DNA of 64,000 nt from Saprolegnia diclina VS20 (Eukaryota), in the NCBI RefSeq assembly GCF_000281045.1, contig NW_008246075.1, forward strand, positions 839,344 to 903,343, written 5' to 3'. Position 1 is the first letter of the stretch, and the number at the start of each line of letters is the position of its first letter. Below are positions 63,401 to 64,000 of the stretch, in pieces. Under the pieces are notes generated by a model. The model saw only the letters and a program-made list of their open reading frames with translations, was not told the origin of the DNA and did no database searches. Both the position numbers and the translations under genes were made by a program.

Positions 63401-64000
63401 CTCTCGTACGGTATCTCGGTCACGACGCTGGAAGAGGTCTTTATCAAGGTAGCGGAGATCGGCGACGAGCACCAGCAGCACACGCTCCAGCCCCGCAACG
63501 ACGCGAGCCCGCTCCTCTCGCCCGCCGGCTACAAGATCAACACGGCCGAGGCGCCGCCGAGCCGGCTTCGCATGTTTGGCCGTCACTTTGTCGCACTCTT
63601 CAAGAAGCGCTTCCGCACGGCCAAGCGCGACAAGAAGATTGTGGTGTTTGGTGCGGTGCTGCCCGTCATCTTTGTCGTGCTTGGCATGAGCATTCTCAAG
63701 TTCAGCTCGCTCTCCAAGAACGACGACCCGCTCGGTATGAACCTGCAGAGCTACGGCAGCACGAAGCCGGTGCCCGTGACGTGCCAAGGTGACGCAGCGT
63801 GGTGCGCGGCGTTCCCAGCTGCGTACGCGGCTGGTAAGGTCTCGCTTCTCTCGGTGCCGACGCCTGCGTATCCGACGAGCAACCCGACGGTATTTGGCAT
63901 TACGTACACGGACCCAGCGATCGCAGCCAACGACACGACTGGCATCTGCCTCGCCACCGGCTACGAAGCCTACCAGCGCGGCTACGGTGACAAGCCGGTG
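60437..64000 (+). CDS. ABCA transporter paralog, 3'-truncated by the window edge; intron 61092-61142
   Basis: Same intron position as the 44389..50267 gene and near-identical NBD1 region in reverse complement. Confidence 0.93.

Overview
Gene-dense eukaryotic DNA with high GC at third codon positions and short (mostly ~45-60 nt) GT-AG introns. Gene content and Inr/FPR-type core promoters point to an oomycete, probably Saprolegniales (inference). About 22 protein-coding genes can be supported: an RRM protein, a flavin oxidoreductase, a histidine acid phosphatase, an M12B metalloprotease, two MFS paralogs, an MKP1-like phosphatase, a beta-lactamase-family hydrolase, a frameshifted ABCC, a BT1 transporter, RecQ, two PPT1 paralogs, a GH5 glucanase, a Harbinger-transposase-derived gene, a CobW GTPase, two inverted ABCA paralogs, a Rab32-like GTPase, a coiled-coil protein, a MATE transporter and a heparinase II/III-like protein. 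No rRNA, tRNA or CRISPR array was seen. Most notable: (1) a COG0523/CobW zinc-chaperone GTPase with what looks like a C-terminal nucleoplasmin-like domain and an acidic/(HD)n tail; (2) next to it, an intact spliced Harbinger transposase gene that lacks its second catalytic Asp; (3) a 466-bp PIF/Harbinger-type MITE with perfect 17-bp TIRs and a TTA duplication; (4) a CPR-like reductase whose flavodoxin domain is replaced by a 4-Cys Oxidored-like module; (5) an intronless bacterial-type secreted heparinase-like lyase; (6) an ADAM/ADAMTS-like protease with three unassigned Cys-rich modules. All family assignments come from recognising motifs by eye; no database searches were run.
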